A DNA stretch of 58,368 bases from Nanobdellati archaeon (GTDB lineage: Archaea > Nanobdellota > Nanobdellia > UBA10117): contig JACOYC010000010.1 of the NCBI GenBank assembly GCA_016182015.1, positions 1-58,368 of the forward strand. The letters run 5' to 3'. Positions 8,327-17,347 of this stretch are shown piece after piece. Position 1 is the stretch's first letter, and every line of letters begins with the position of its first letter. A program made the position numbers and the translations under genes. The notes beneath the pieces were generated by a model. It was not told the DNA's origin, did no database searches, and saw only the letters and a list, made by a program, of their open reading frames with translations.

Positions 8327-11300
8327 TTCATTGCTGCACCGATTGCGATAACCACTACAATCACAACTAACAGTAACGCCCACATTGTTGTGTTTGTTGT
8401 TGGCTTTGTCGGGCCTACCGCTTGCGTGCCGCCAGCTGAAGGTGTTGCGGTGCCTGCTGCTCCGCCGGCTGCTGTTTCGCCGCCGGCTGCTGTAGCAGCT
8501 GCTGCCTTCTCACCAGATATTGCAAATGTGCTAAAGCCTGGTGTTGTTGCTTTGTATGTTACCTGCGTGTCTGTCTCACTTACAAATGCTGTCGGCAGCG
8601 CATCCCATGTGCCAGTGTACCTCAGCAGCTTTACCGAGCCTTTTACAACATTATTCTCTGTCAGCCAGCTCTTATCGACATTGAACGTTATCTTTGCATC
8701 ACTTACCAACTGGTTGTTTGTCAACCCGCTTGCCTTGATTTCAAGCAGCTTGTACACTTCACCTGATGGCGAGCTGGTGCCTGCTGGTACTTCACCAATC
8801 TTTTCAACAGTTAATTTAACGTTGTTTAGGTTTGCGTCTGGCGTAAAGGTTATTTCGGATACAGCAACTGCCGGCGCTGTAAATTCTGTCTTTGCCTCAG
8901 TATTTGCAGTTATCGATGACAAGATTGCGGATTGCGATGTCTGGCCTTCACCTGCTGCAAGGCCTGCGCCTCCTGCGCCGCCTGATGAGCCGCCGCCGGC
9001 TGTGGAAGTTGTTCCGCCGCCAGCTACATTAGCGCCCCTCAGGCCAAGTCCGCCGCCAGTGAAGTGCTGCAACCTTACCCATATCATCTTTTCAGTTGTG
9101 TTGAGCAGGCAGGCAGTGCCCCTTGCTCCGGTATCGTTGGTGCATATTACTCCGCCAGCTCCATCAGTGCCGTTGCTAATCATGCTTATGTTCCAATCTG
9201 CGAATGGCGTGGTGTTGAATGCCGCGCTATTCTGGAGCGGCGTGCCATTTACAGATACATTCCACACAACATTCCAGTTCTGGTCATAGAGCACTGGTAT
9301 CGTCAGGTTGACGGGTTCACGGTCATCTATGCTGTTATCCTCGCCAGACGTTGTGGAATACGGTATACCTACAAAGACCTCTTCATAGTTCTTTGGCGCC
9401 AGGCTGCCTACTCTAAATATCCTGTTGGCGTTAGCAGTTGAAGACAAATCCTGCGGCAGCAAGTCTGGCTGCACATCTGGCATGCCGCTTGCTACCATGT
9501 CCACGCCGCTGAAGTGTATGTTGATGCCGTTTGATGTCCTTAATCTTATGCTAAGCCTGTCGCCGTAACGCATTGCTGCGAATGGGTTTATGTCGCGGAT
9601 TGTTGAACCTGATGCCAAGACACAGCCGTTTGTCGCCAGGCTTGTTATTGTATTACAAGTCACATTGTGCGACATGAACTGGAACCTTATCTGCTCAAGG
9701 CCTGCCCCTGATGTTGTGCCCCTGTGTTCAGTGCCTGCCGGCCCTGGCCTGCTTGCCCTAAACTCTGTCATTGTCAGGTTGATTGATGCGTTAGTTGCAT
9801 GGTTGTCTGCTGTTATTAGGAACTCCCTTGGCGCATAGCCCGGTGTGTAAACCCGTACCTTCGCGCTTTCGTTCGCGAAGAATGGGAATGCAGCAAGGCC
9901 TGATGCATCGGTTTCTACCATAAACCTTACCTTAATCAGTCTTGGCTGGACGCCAGTCTGCGTGTTATTTGTATTTAGTTCAATGTCAAGGAAGCTTGAG
10001 CCCGCGATTGTTGCGTTGCTTGTTCCGCTCACAACCTGCAGGAGCGTCTGGGACGCATTTACTGGCAGGCTGTTTGTACCATTACCCAAGAAGCTCCATT
10101 CCGGCGTTAATGCATTAGTCGGTGTAGCTATGCCCCTTAACGTAAAGTTAATGCCGAATACATTTGCAGTGCCGACTGTAACATTTGTTATTCCAAGCAT
10201 CCTGTCTCCGCCAGTTCTGGTGGCATTTCCACCTGTCTTGTTGCCGCCGGATGCAAGCAATATCCAGCTTGAGCTTTGCGGCAGTGAGATGTTGTACGCG
10301 ACCGCGGAATAGTTTATCCCGCCGATTACTCTTGTCACGCCTGGCGCGGCTGCAAGCCTTGTAACCGGCACAGCGTTGCTGTCAGTCGGCCTTTGGTATG
10401 CCCGTACGAGCGCGAACTCGTTGCTTATATATGGGATTGCTGTTAAGTTAGTCACGTTATAGCCTGGGCTGCCAAATGCAAGCGAGTTGCCTGATGCGTT
10501 TGTCGGCACAAAGATGTAGCCAGACACGTTTACATAATATGTCGTGAAGTTCATTGTCACGCCGACAACATAGGTTGGCGAGGCCAAAGACCTTGCAGTC
10601 AGGTTTATGGAGCTATTTGACGCAGGGTTAATTATGTCTACCGCCCTTGGAGGAGATTCGCCAGTCATGCTGTAAAATACAATTGTATAGTTTCTGTCCA
10701 ACGGGAGCACCTCTGCTGCTATCTGGCCAGCGGCCATTCCTACTGAAGCACCGCCAGCAACGCCCGCAGTTTTATTGTGTGTTGACTGTGGCGAGCTGTA
10801 GATAACAGTTGTGTTGGTTGCGTTGTTTGTTGTTTTCAAATATGTGATTGGTACGCCCTTTGACTTATCAAATATTATATATGCAAATGCTGTGCCTTGT
10901 GTATTATTCTTTAAGGCCGTGCCGTTATGAGCTGCGCTGAAGTTAAGGCGAATGTCATTTGTAAAGCTTGTTCCGTTGTTAGTGGAGAAAATATCCCACA
11001 AACTTGCACTTCCGTTTCCAGCTGTATTACTTAGGGCATTGCCAGTCGGATCTGTGCCGTTCATTGCACTGGCCGTTCCATTTGGCCATACATATGTCAA
11101 GTTTCCGATAACAGTATCGTTGAACGCTATCATGTATATATTTAGTGCTGGCACAAGCCTGAGGGTCTGGCCTTCAAGGAAGGAGAGCCATGCGGCCTTT
11201 GTCAGTGCTGGCAGGTATGGGTTGACATAGTTTACATAACCGCCCTGCCTATTAGTTCCATCACCAACAACTCGTAAACTATAAAGTGCAGTTGCACTGT

Positions 11301-11559
11301 CTGTTGCAATTGTAATATTTGCCAAAGAAGAATTTGTCTGGTTTATTCCGTCCTGGAATGTTCCAAATGATCCATTAAGACTGGCAGCATTTGGCGGAGA
11401 CTCGAGGTATATTGTTGCATTCGCAAAATTAACATTAGTTCCGTTTGGATATGCTACTGTAAAATTTAAATTCCAAACTGCGCTCGCTGGCAGGACTGCC
11501 AACGCGAAAAGAACAAACACTGCGGTTGCTATTACTAATGCTTTATTAAAATTAGCCAT
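8308..11559 (-). CDS. large surface (S-layer-like) glycoprotein with PGF-pre-PGF-like domain and C-terminal TM anchor
   Basis: Signal peptide and 1083 aa densely packed with N-x-S/T. C-terminal ...TTPGFSTFAISGEK... is followed by an Ala/Gly linker, a TM helix and a KKKRKW tail. Confidence 0.8.
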   Translation of the reverse strand: MANFNKALVIATAVFVLFALAVLPASAVWNLNFTVAYPNGTNVNFANATIYLESPPNAASLNGSFGTFQDGINQTNSSLANITIATDSATALYSLRVVGDGTNRQGGYVNYVNPYLPALTKAAWLSFLEGQTLRLVPALNIYMIAFNDTVIGNLTYVWPNGTASAMNGTDPTGNALSNTAGNGSASLWDIFSTNNGTSFTNDIRLNFSAAHNGTALKNNTQGTAFAYIIFDKSKGVPITYLKTTNNATNTTVIYSSPQSTHNKTAGVAGGASVGMAAGQIAAEVLPLDRNYTIVFYSMTGESPPRAVDIINPASNSSINLTARSLASPTYVVGVTMNFTTYYVNVSGYIFVPTNASGNSLAFGSPGYNVTNLTAIPYISNEFALVRAYQRPTDSNAVPVTRLAAAPGVTRVIGGINYSAVAYNISLPQSSSWILLASGGNKTGGNATRTGGDRMLGITNVTVGTANVFGINFTLRGIATPTNALTPEWSFLGNGTNSLPVNASQTLLQVVSGTSNATIAGSSFLDIELNTNNTQTGVQPRLIKVRFMVETDASGLAAFPFFANESAKVRVYTPGYAPREFLITADNHATNASINLTMTEFRASRPGPAGTEHRGTTSGAGLEQIRFQFMSHNVTCNTITSLATNGCVLASGSTIRDINPFAAMRYGDRLSIRLRTSNGINIHFSGVDMVASGMPDVQPDLLPQDLSSTANANRIFRVGSLAPKNYEEVFVGIPYSTTSGEDNSIDDREPVNLTIPVLYDQNWNVVWNVSVNGTPLQNSAAFNTTPFADWNISMISNGTDGAGGVICTNDTGARGTACLLNTTEKMIWVRLQHFTGGGLGLRGANVAGGGTTSTAGGGSSGGAGGAGLAAGEGQTSQSAILSSITANTEAKTEFTAPAVAVSEITFTPDANLNNVKLTVEKIGEVPAGTSSPSGEVYKLLEIKASGLTNNQLVSDAKITFNVDKSWLTENNVVKGSVKLLRYTGTWDALPTAFVSETDTQVTYKATTPGFSTFAISGEKAAAATAAGGETAAGGAAGTATPSAGGTQAVGPTKPTTNTTMWALLLVVIVVVIAIGAAMKKKRKW

Positions 11560-11770
11560 TGCTTACCTCCAAACGTCTCACCTGTTTTATTTTGTTTGAA
11601 TGTCCGCAGAATTTGTTCTGCGATACCTTCAAGCTTTCACTCTAATTTTTGTAACTATGAAACAGCCAATATAAATATCTTTGTAACTTTCGGAGTGAGA
11701 TAAAAATCGGCTTACATATTTTAAGTTACAGTTGCATTTTGAAAGTTTGTTATTTTGTGCCATTAGCATC

Positions 11771-11782
11771 TAAATATTTATT
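11771..11782 (+). promoter_or_regulatory. TATA-like box for a leaderless or short-leader transcript of 11806..13185
   Basis: TAAATATTTATT is centred about 28 nt upstream of the ATG. Confidence 0.35.
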
Positions 11783-11805
11783 AATGCGTGCAAAACTAAA
11801 ATTAT

Positions 11806-13185
11806 ATGGCTGATGAAACCCAACTCACTGAAAAACCGAAAACAAAAAAATCTTTTCGGAAAATTATTGCTGCAGTTCTTATCGGCCTGCTGATATTATT
11901 TTTAATTGTGTTTGTCTACTCGCTTTCCGGCCAGCAGGCTGGCACGCAGCAGGAAGTGCAAAAAACAGACATTGAATTTGTGCCAAAAAACACCGGCGTG
12001 GGTGCAAAGGCTGAGAACATTTTGCCGGAGCCGCCGAATGCCGGCTCGAGATTCGGCTTTGTAAACGCCGGGCAGGACTTCATCGGGCTGGCAAAGTTTG
12101 GCGTTGGCTGGGACAGGCCGTATCCCGGGCCGTTCAACTGGCAGCAGATTCAGGACGGCAGCTACAACGCTGTTGACGAGTATGTAAAAAACGCACAGCA
12201 GCACGACTTTGCAACTGTCGCAATCGTATGGCCCTACTGGGATGTTGACCAGGATTTATGCCACGCTGAGGACCTGCCTGCTGTCAGATTCGGAAAATTC
12301 TTCGGCGAGCTTGCCAGCAAGCGCGGAAAGCCCTGCGGCCATGACGCATATAAAAATTTCCTGACGGGCTTGGTTGAAAGATATGATGGCGACGGAAAAG
12401 ATGATATGCCTGGCCTGCGCTACGGGATAAAACACTGGGAGATTGCATCGGAGCCTGAAATTCAGGACAGGCGCGACGGAATTGTGTTTTTCCAGGGCAA
12501 GCCAAAGGATTATATCGAAATGCTCCGCGAAACCTACGCTGCAATCAAGACAGCAGACCCCGGCGCAAAAGTGCTGAACGGCGGCGCGGCAACAGCGTCT
12601 GCAGAGCACCTTAGTTTCTGGGAAGAATTCCTGCGGCAGGGCGGCGGCAGGTATGTTGATATATTTAGTATGCATTGCCTTGAGTGCGACGAAAGCCTGG
12701 GCGTGGAGCCTTACGCAAAACTTCTAAAAAAATATGAGATGCAAACGCCAATCTGGGTGACTGATGTTTCCTATTTTGGAAATGATAACGAGCAGGCCAA
12801 GAATCTGTTCCGGGGCTATGTGACCGGATTTGGTTTTGGCGCCCAGAAAATTTTTTATGACAAATGGCAGATAAAAGCCGGCGGAAGGGAGGAGCTTGCC
12901 GCCCTGAAAACTTCAACGCAGGACAGGCTTGCGCTTAACGCCACGGATGCGATTATTAAAAAAATCGGCGGTTTCTGGAAAGTAGAAAAACTCGGGGACG
13001 GCCATTATCGTTTCTATCTTTCAGAGTCTGGCAGGGTGAGGGACGCGTTCCTCAAGGCATCCGAACTGCCTGCCGAACTGCAGGGCAACCTGAAGATGAC
13101 CGCGTATGACGGAACAGACACGATAAGGCATAATGTGCGCAACATAGATTCTGCCGCCGTGCCGGTGATTGTTGAAGCGATTTAG
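11806..13185 (+). CDS. membrane-anchored glycoside-hydrolase-like (clan GH-A-like) protein
   Basis: N-terminal TM helix. The HWEIASEPE segment resembles the WEIxNEP acid/base motif of TIM-barrel glycosidases; the function call is weak. Confidence 0.45.
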   Translation: MADETQLTEKPKTKKSFRKIIAAVLIGLLILFLIVFVYSLSGQQAGTQQEVQKTDIEFVPKNTGVGAKAENILPEPPNAGSRFGFVNAGQDFIGLAKFGVGWDRPYPGPFNWQQIQDGSYNAVDEYVKNAQQHDFATVAIVWPYWDVDQDLCHAEDLPAVRFGKFFGELASKRGKPCGHDAYKNFLTGLVERYDGDGKDDMPGLRYGIKHWEIASEPEIQDRRDGIVFFQGKPKDYIEMLRETYAAIKTADPGAKVLNGGAATASAEHLSFWEEFLRQGGGRYVDIFSMHCLECDESLGVEPYAKLLKKYEMQTPIWVTDVSYFGNDNEQAKNLFRGYVTGFGFGAQKIFYDKWQIKAGGREELAALKTSTQDRLALNATDAIIKKIGGFWKVEKLGDGHYRFYLSESGRVRDAFLKASELPAELQGNLKMTAYDGTDTIRHNVRNIDSAAVPVIVEAI

Positions 13186-13188
13186 TGC

Positions 13189-13229
13189 GGTATACTGCCA
13201 GTATACTTCTAGTATACTTTAAGTATACT
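13189..13229. repeat. AGTATACT palindrome array, 4 units at exact 11-bp period
   Basis: GTATACT starts at 13190, 13201, 13212 and 13223. A T5 run follows. Confidence 0.9.
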
Positions 13230-13290
13230 CTATTTTTAAAATTTTATATGCTCATGCGGGTAATTTATCTGGCGGCGGGAAAGATATATA

Positions 13291-13299
13291 TTTATATAA
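13291..13299 (+). promoter_or_regulatory. TATA-like box upstream of 13320..14561
   Basis: TTTATATAA is centred about 25 nt upstream of ATG 13320. Confidence 0.35.
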
Positions 13300-13319
13300 T
13301 ATGCCTGTTAGCTATAAAA

Positions 13320-14561
13320 ATGGTCAAATTTCAGTACGTCATACTTGGGATGATTTACGCAGGCCTGCTGCTCACCGCCACGCTGTTTATTACTTATTCA
13401 ACGCAGCACAGCACAGACACTGCTGCACGGTACGCCAAGGGCTTTTTGGAAGGCAAAAAAATAATTGCTGAGGAGCAAAGGGAATTTGAGGCTGCGCGGG
13501 AAAAGGAAAAAATTGTAGAGGAAATTCCGCCTGAGCCTGAGAAGCCGGTGTTCACATATGTGCCGCCCTCAGCCGCAAAAATAAATTATACAAAGGGCCT
13601 GATTTTCAACCCGCGGCAGAGGCAGGACTGGGCAGAGGTTATCGCCAGGGCAAAGGGGCTGAATGCAAACCTTGTGGTGATTGAAGTCGAACTGGAAAAG
13701 GGCGCGGATGACAATCCGGAAATTTACTGGTATCCGCAGTGGCAGGGCAGCTGGCAGGAGGAGACAAAAAAAATCGTGAACGAAGCGCACAAGAATGGCC
13801 TGCAGACAGAGCTGCGCCTTGGGACAAGGGTAGAGACTGACGTAAGGGACGGGCCAATTACAGACAATGAAACTGATTATTACAGGAATGCCACGCTGAG
13901 ATTTTTCACAAACATCTCAAAATTCGCGAATGAGTATAAAATGGACCGGCTGACCATTTACAGCGAAATCGACAACCTGAAAAACTGGGGGCACAGGACT
14001 GAATTTATAAGCCTTGTTTTGCAGGATACAAAAAACGAAATTAAAAAACATTATCGCGGAAAAATAGGCGCCGGTTTTTCTTCAGTTGTCCTGACCGACA
14101 GGAAGCTGGACTTTGACATTTCTGGCTATGATTATATATTATTTAGTGCATACGCGACTGACTACAACACAGACTTTGGCTCTTATGAAAACAGGGTTTA
14201 TGAAACATTCAAAGCCGCAAAAATTATGGCAGGCCACCGCCTCATAACTGACATAACTGCGGGCCAGCTCGGCGTTTACGACAAAAACGATACAAGGTAT
14301 GATTATGTCGGCGTAATTGTCAGCGAAAAAGATGAGGCAGGCATGTGGGACAGCTTTTTCTCGAGATTCGGCGGCGAGTTCAGCGGCTTCACGATTGGCT
14401 GCGGCACTTACGCCTACTCAGTCTGCGGGGAAAAATCAGAGGCGGTTGTAAAAGAGTGGTTCGGAAAACTTCCTATCCCTCCGCCAGCCACGGTATCGCT
14501 GGCCAGCAATCTCTCAAAGCCATACAACGCCACGCCAGGGGAGAGGCCGAAGTATTTGTAA
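13320..14561 (+). CDS. membrane-anchored hypothetical protein (possible TIM-barrel hydrolase-like)
   Basis: Start moved to ATG 13320 (MVKFQYVILG..., TM helix), preceded by a TATA-like box. The upstream part of ORF 13185.. is read-through of the AGTATACT array. Confidence 0.5.
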   Translation: MVKFQYVILGMIYAGLLLTATLFITYSTQHSTDTAARYAKGFLEGKKIIAEEQREFEAAREKEKIVEEIPPEPEKPVFTYVPPSAAKINYTKGLIFNPRQRQDWAEVIARAKGLNANLVVIEVELEKGADDNPEIYWYPQWQGSWQEETKKIVNEAHKNGLQTELRLGTRVETDVRDGPITDNETDYYRNATLRFFTNISKFANEYKMDRLTIYSEIDNLKNWGHRTEFISLVLQDTKNEIKKHYRGKIGAGFSSVVLTDRKLDFDISGYDYILFSAYATDYNTDFGSYENRVYETFKAAKIMAGHRLITDITAGQLGVYDKNDTRYDYVGVIVSEKDEAGMWDSFFSRFGGEFSGFTIGCGTYAYSVCGEKSEAVVKEWFGKLPIPPPATVSLASNLSKPYNATPGERPKYL

Positions 14562-14583
14562 GTTGCGCGGCAAGCATGCCATT

Positions 14584-14635
14584 GGTATGCCATCGATATA
14601 CCCCCAGTATACTTCTGGTATACCTCCGGTATACT
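14584..14635. repeat. AGTATACT-type palindrome array, 5 units at exact 11-bp period
   Basis: GGTATGCC 14584, GATATACC 14595, AGTATACT 14606, GGTATACC 14617, GGTATACT 14628. Confidence 0.85.
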
Positions 14636-15176
14636 ACGCAATCGCCCTGCCGGCCAGCCCGATAAGGAAAATGCCAAGCCAGTTGGCTATGAATGAGAGC
14701 ACAAGAACCTTCCTGTCAGGATATTTTAAAATGCTGAGAATGCTTACCCCAATCTCATCCGGAAGCGGCGACAGGATTATAAAAAAGGCGACAACCGGCC
14801 CCAGCTTTCTTATAATATGCAGCGTATGCTTCTTCAGCGCGAGCCTGCCATTTAACCGCACCACGTTCTTGCCAATAGTTTTGCCAAAAATCTTGAACAA
14901 AATATAATCTGAAAACATCGCGCCGAACGCCCCGAGTGTTGAAAAAATGAAAATATTTTGTGTTGGGGAGAGCAAGAGCAGAATCGCGGCGGACGGCCCG
15001 ACAGTAAAAACATCTGAGTAAAATGAGCCGGCAACCAAGGTTCCGATGTGGCCGTACTCGCCCAAGTTATTTAGTATGTTTTTAACAAACTCTGAAGTCA
15101 TGATAAGGCTGGCAATTATCAGGCTTGACGCCATCAAGCCAACCTTGTACCTAAGTTCGTGGTCGCGTATGGCCAT
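14634..15176 (-). CDS. multi-pass membrane protein (DedA/VTT-like, weak)
   Basis: 180 aa with 4-5 hydrophobic helices and an SPLPDE segment. Confidence 0.5.
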   Translation of the reverse strand: MAIRDHELRYKVGLMASSLIIASLIMTSEFVKNILNNLGEYGHIGTLVAGSFYSDVFTVGPSAAILLLLSPTQNIFIFSTLGAFGAMFSDYILFKIFGKTIGKNVVRLNGRLALKKHTLHIIRKLGPVVAFFIILSPLPDEIGVSILSILKYPDRKVLVLSFIANWLGIFLIGLAGRAIA

Positions 15177-15220
15177 CTTGACAAAAGACAGCAGCGATAT
15201 AAAAATATATGCCTTAGAAA

Positions 15221-15302
15221 CTTTGTTGAAAATCTAGTGCCAAATACCAAAAACCAACAACCAAAGACCGAATACTAAAGACCTAACAACCTTTCAACAA
15301 AG
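15221..15302. repeat. second element with the CTTTGTTGAAA/TTTCAACAAAG termini, enclosing a heptamer tract
   Basis: Same 11-bp termini and AATCT extension as 28245-28375. The core is 7 degenerate CAAAnAC heptamers (15241-15290). Confidence 0.7.
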
Positions 15303-15350
15303 CCAGCGATACCAATAGTTTTAAATATCTGGAACGCTTTTTAATCTGTT

Positions 15351-15500
15351 ATGATTAATCCGACAGATTTGATTGCCGGGGCGATAATAATAATAGCTGG
15401 GCTTGTAACGATTGCAGGCATGGCTAACTTGGGCGTCGTCCTGGCAGGCATAGGCTTGCTTGTCGAAGCTATAAAAATAATCATAAAACTTGGATTGTAA
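15351..15500 (+). CDS. small hydrophobic peptide (49 aa)
   Basis: Hand-translated MINPTDLIAGAIIIIAGLVTIAGMANLGVVLAGIGLLVEAIKIIIKLGL. Preferred over the antisense ORF 15321..15524. Confidence 0.35.
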   Translation: MINPTDLIAGAIIIIAGLVTIAGMANLGVVLAGIGLLVEAIKIIIKLGL

Positions 15501-15502
15501 AA

Positions 15503-15646
15503 ATGGTGGAAGCGATAAATGCAATAATCGGCAGTGGCGTTGCAGTGATAAATCTTATTCCATTCATAGTCAAGCAGCCAAAATATCTTTTGTTGACATC
15601 TGTTATTTCGTTGCTGATGCTTTTGTTATTAATTTATTTTAAGTAA
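15503..15646 (+). CDS. small hydrophobic peptide (47 aa)
   Basis: Hand-translated MVEAINAIIGSGVAVINLIPFIVKQPKYLLLTSVISLLMLLLLIYFK. Starts 2 nt after the previous stop. Confidence 0.35.
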   Translation: MVEAINAIIGSGVAVINLIPFIVKQPKYLLLTSVISLLMLLLLIYFK

Positions 15647-15717
15647 AGTATGAGCTTGAGTTTCAACAGAACCCATAACAAAGCAAACTATAAAAAGACA
15701 AATACCATTGCGTAAAC

Positions 15718-16044
15718 ATGAATACAAATGTAATATATTACACTGTGCGATTCTATTTCAATTTTCCGGATGATAACCTGATTGTGAAGAAAATTGATGC
15801 TGCTTCAGATGCGATTGTTGACTTGTTTGCGAACTGGCTTGGCATAGAATTTCATCACATTACACCTACTGTTTCCTACAGGCATGCGCGCGTTGCGCTG
15901 GAGTTGCCTGTGCCGCAAAGCAAGCTGGCCGGACTGGAAGCAAAAATAAAAGATATTATAAATAAATTGCCTGCGAAAGATGCATTCAAGAGCTGTGAGT
16001 TGGGCGCGGCTGGACAGGAAATAGTAAAGCTTAATAACTTGTAA
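15718..16044 (+). CDS. hypothetical protein
   Basis: 108-aa ORF directly upstream of the adenosyltransferase gene. Confidence 0.45.
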   Translation: MNTNVIYYTVRFYFNFPDDNLIVKKIDAASDAIVDLFANWLGIEFHHITPTVSYRHARVALELPVPQSKLAGLEAKIKDIINKLPAKDAFKSCELGAAGQEIVKLNNL

Positions 16045-16049
16045 ACGAT

Positions 16050-16613
16050 ATGATTTCCATGGCTACGGTTGCGTATACCTGCTGCGGGGACAAGGGAACA
16101 ACTCGGCTCATAACCGGCAGGGAAATAACTAAAGACGAGCCAAGGGCAGCCGCCTATGGCGATGTTGATGAGCTAAATTCTTTTGTCGGGCAAGCGCGGG
16201 CGAAGAATAAGAACAATGAAATAGAAAACATCTTGAATTTTGTCCAGGATAAGTTATTTCAGCTGTGTTCCGATGTTGCGGCGCCAGTTGAAGATAAAAT
16301 CAAAATTAACATAAAAAGAATTTCTGACGCAGATGTCAAAGCCATTGAAAATTTTACGAACGAGTTAAATGAACAATTGCCAGAGATTAAGAATTTTATT
16401 ATTTTCGGAAATTCCGAACTTGCAGCAATGCTTAATGTTTGCCGCGCAGTTTCAAGGCGGGCGGAGCGGAAAATTGTCAGGCTGGCCAAGACAGAAGATG
16501 TGAACGAGGCCGCACTTCGGTTTGCAAATAGATTAAGCTCGCTTTTGTTTGTGATGGCAAGGCATGTAACTAAAATTGAAAATAAAAAGGAAATGCTGTG
16601 GAAATCTAATTAA
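16050..16613 (+). CDS. ATP:cob(I)alamin adenosyltransferase, PduO/MMAB type
   Basis: GDKGTTRLITGREITKDEPRAAAYGDVDELNSFVG matches the family's N-terminal signature. Confidence 0.85.
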   Translation: MISMATVAYTCCGDKGTTRLITGREITKDEPRAAAYGDVDELNSFVGQARAKNKNNEIENILNFVQDKLFQLCSDVAAPVEDKIKINIKRISDADVKAIENFTNELNEQLPEIKNFIIFGNSELAAMLNVCRAVSRRAERKIVRLAKTEDVNEAALRFANRLSSLLFVMARHVTKIENKKEMLWKSN

Positions 16614-17347
16614 TTATCCGGCAGCTTCCCAAAATCTTCCTTCTTGATTCGCTTTGCATCAACGCCTGCAGCCAGCAGCATTGTTGTCATCGCGCCTACA
16701 AATTCGTGCCCGCCGCAAATGTAGAAGACAGATGTTACAAACTGGCCGCGCACTATTGAGGCCTGCAAATATTCCAAATTTATGCGCCCATAATCGAGGC
16801 TTGCAACCTCTTCCTGTGTCAGCGTGTAAAATATTTTGATGTTTGGGTTTTCCGCTTTTAGTTTTTCCAGCTCAGCATAATACGCAATTTCATCTCTTGT
16901 TTTGTTGCTGTAAAAAAGCGTGAAATAATTTGACAGATTTTTTTCTGTGGCATAGTGGAGCGTTGACAGGAACGGCGCGATGCCGATGCCGGCAGCGAAC
17001 ATTACAACATCCTTGTCCGCATTTTCGTCAAAAGTAAAAACGCCGTACGGGCCTTTTATTCCGATTTTGTCTTTTGGCTTTAGTGTTTTTAGCCTTTGCG
17101 TGAACCGGCCGGCGACTTTGTAGCCAATCTCGATGTGCCCGTTATTTGGCGCTGACGCAAAAGAAAACGGCCGCGCGTAAATATAATTTGCAACGTTGTT
17201 TTGGTCTGCTCCCTCTGGGCAGAGATAGACGTTTGCGAACTGGCCTGCCTTGAAAGTCTTGAGGCTGGGCGGGGTTCTGATGCGCATTACCCAAACGCCC
17301 GGCGTGTTTTGCTCGTTTGAAATTACCTCAGATATTTCAACTCCCAT
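16610..17347 (-). CDS. ferredoxin-NADP reductase-like FAD/NAD(P)-binding oxidoreductase
   Basis: RPFSFAS (the RxYS-type FAD motif) and MFAAGIGIAPFLS (NAD(P)-binding GxGxxP). Last gene of the suf cluster. Confidence 0.7.
   Translation of the reverse strand: MGVEISEVISNEQNTPGVWVMRIRTPPSLKTFKAGQFANVYLCPEGADQNNVANYIYARPFSFASAPNNGHIEIGYKVAGRFTQRLKTLKPKDKIGIKGPYGVFTFDENADKDVVMFAAGIGIAPFLSTLHYATEKNLSNYFTLFYSNKTRDEIAYYAELEKLKAENPNIKIFYTLTQEEVASLDYGRINLEYLQASIVRGQFVTSVFYICGGHEFVGAMTTMLLAAGVDAKRIKKEDFGKLPDN

Noticed and set aside
8390-9289. Long antisense ORFs inside large genes, for example 8390..9289, 3918..4487, 52410..53267, 36241..36906, 24408..25160 and 22395..22886.
   Set aside because: They lie opposite or out of frame within genes with strong family signatures. 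Their composition is low-complexity or Ala/Pro/Ser-biased, typical of shadow ORFs.
15321-15524. 67-aa minus-strand ORF from the track.
   Set aside because: Two plus-strand small hydrophobic ORFs (15351..15500 and 15503..15646), tightly coupled, explain the region better. The minus-strand ORF has no features.
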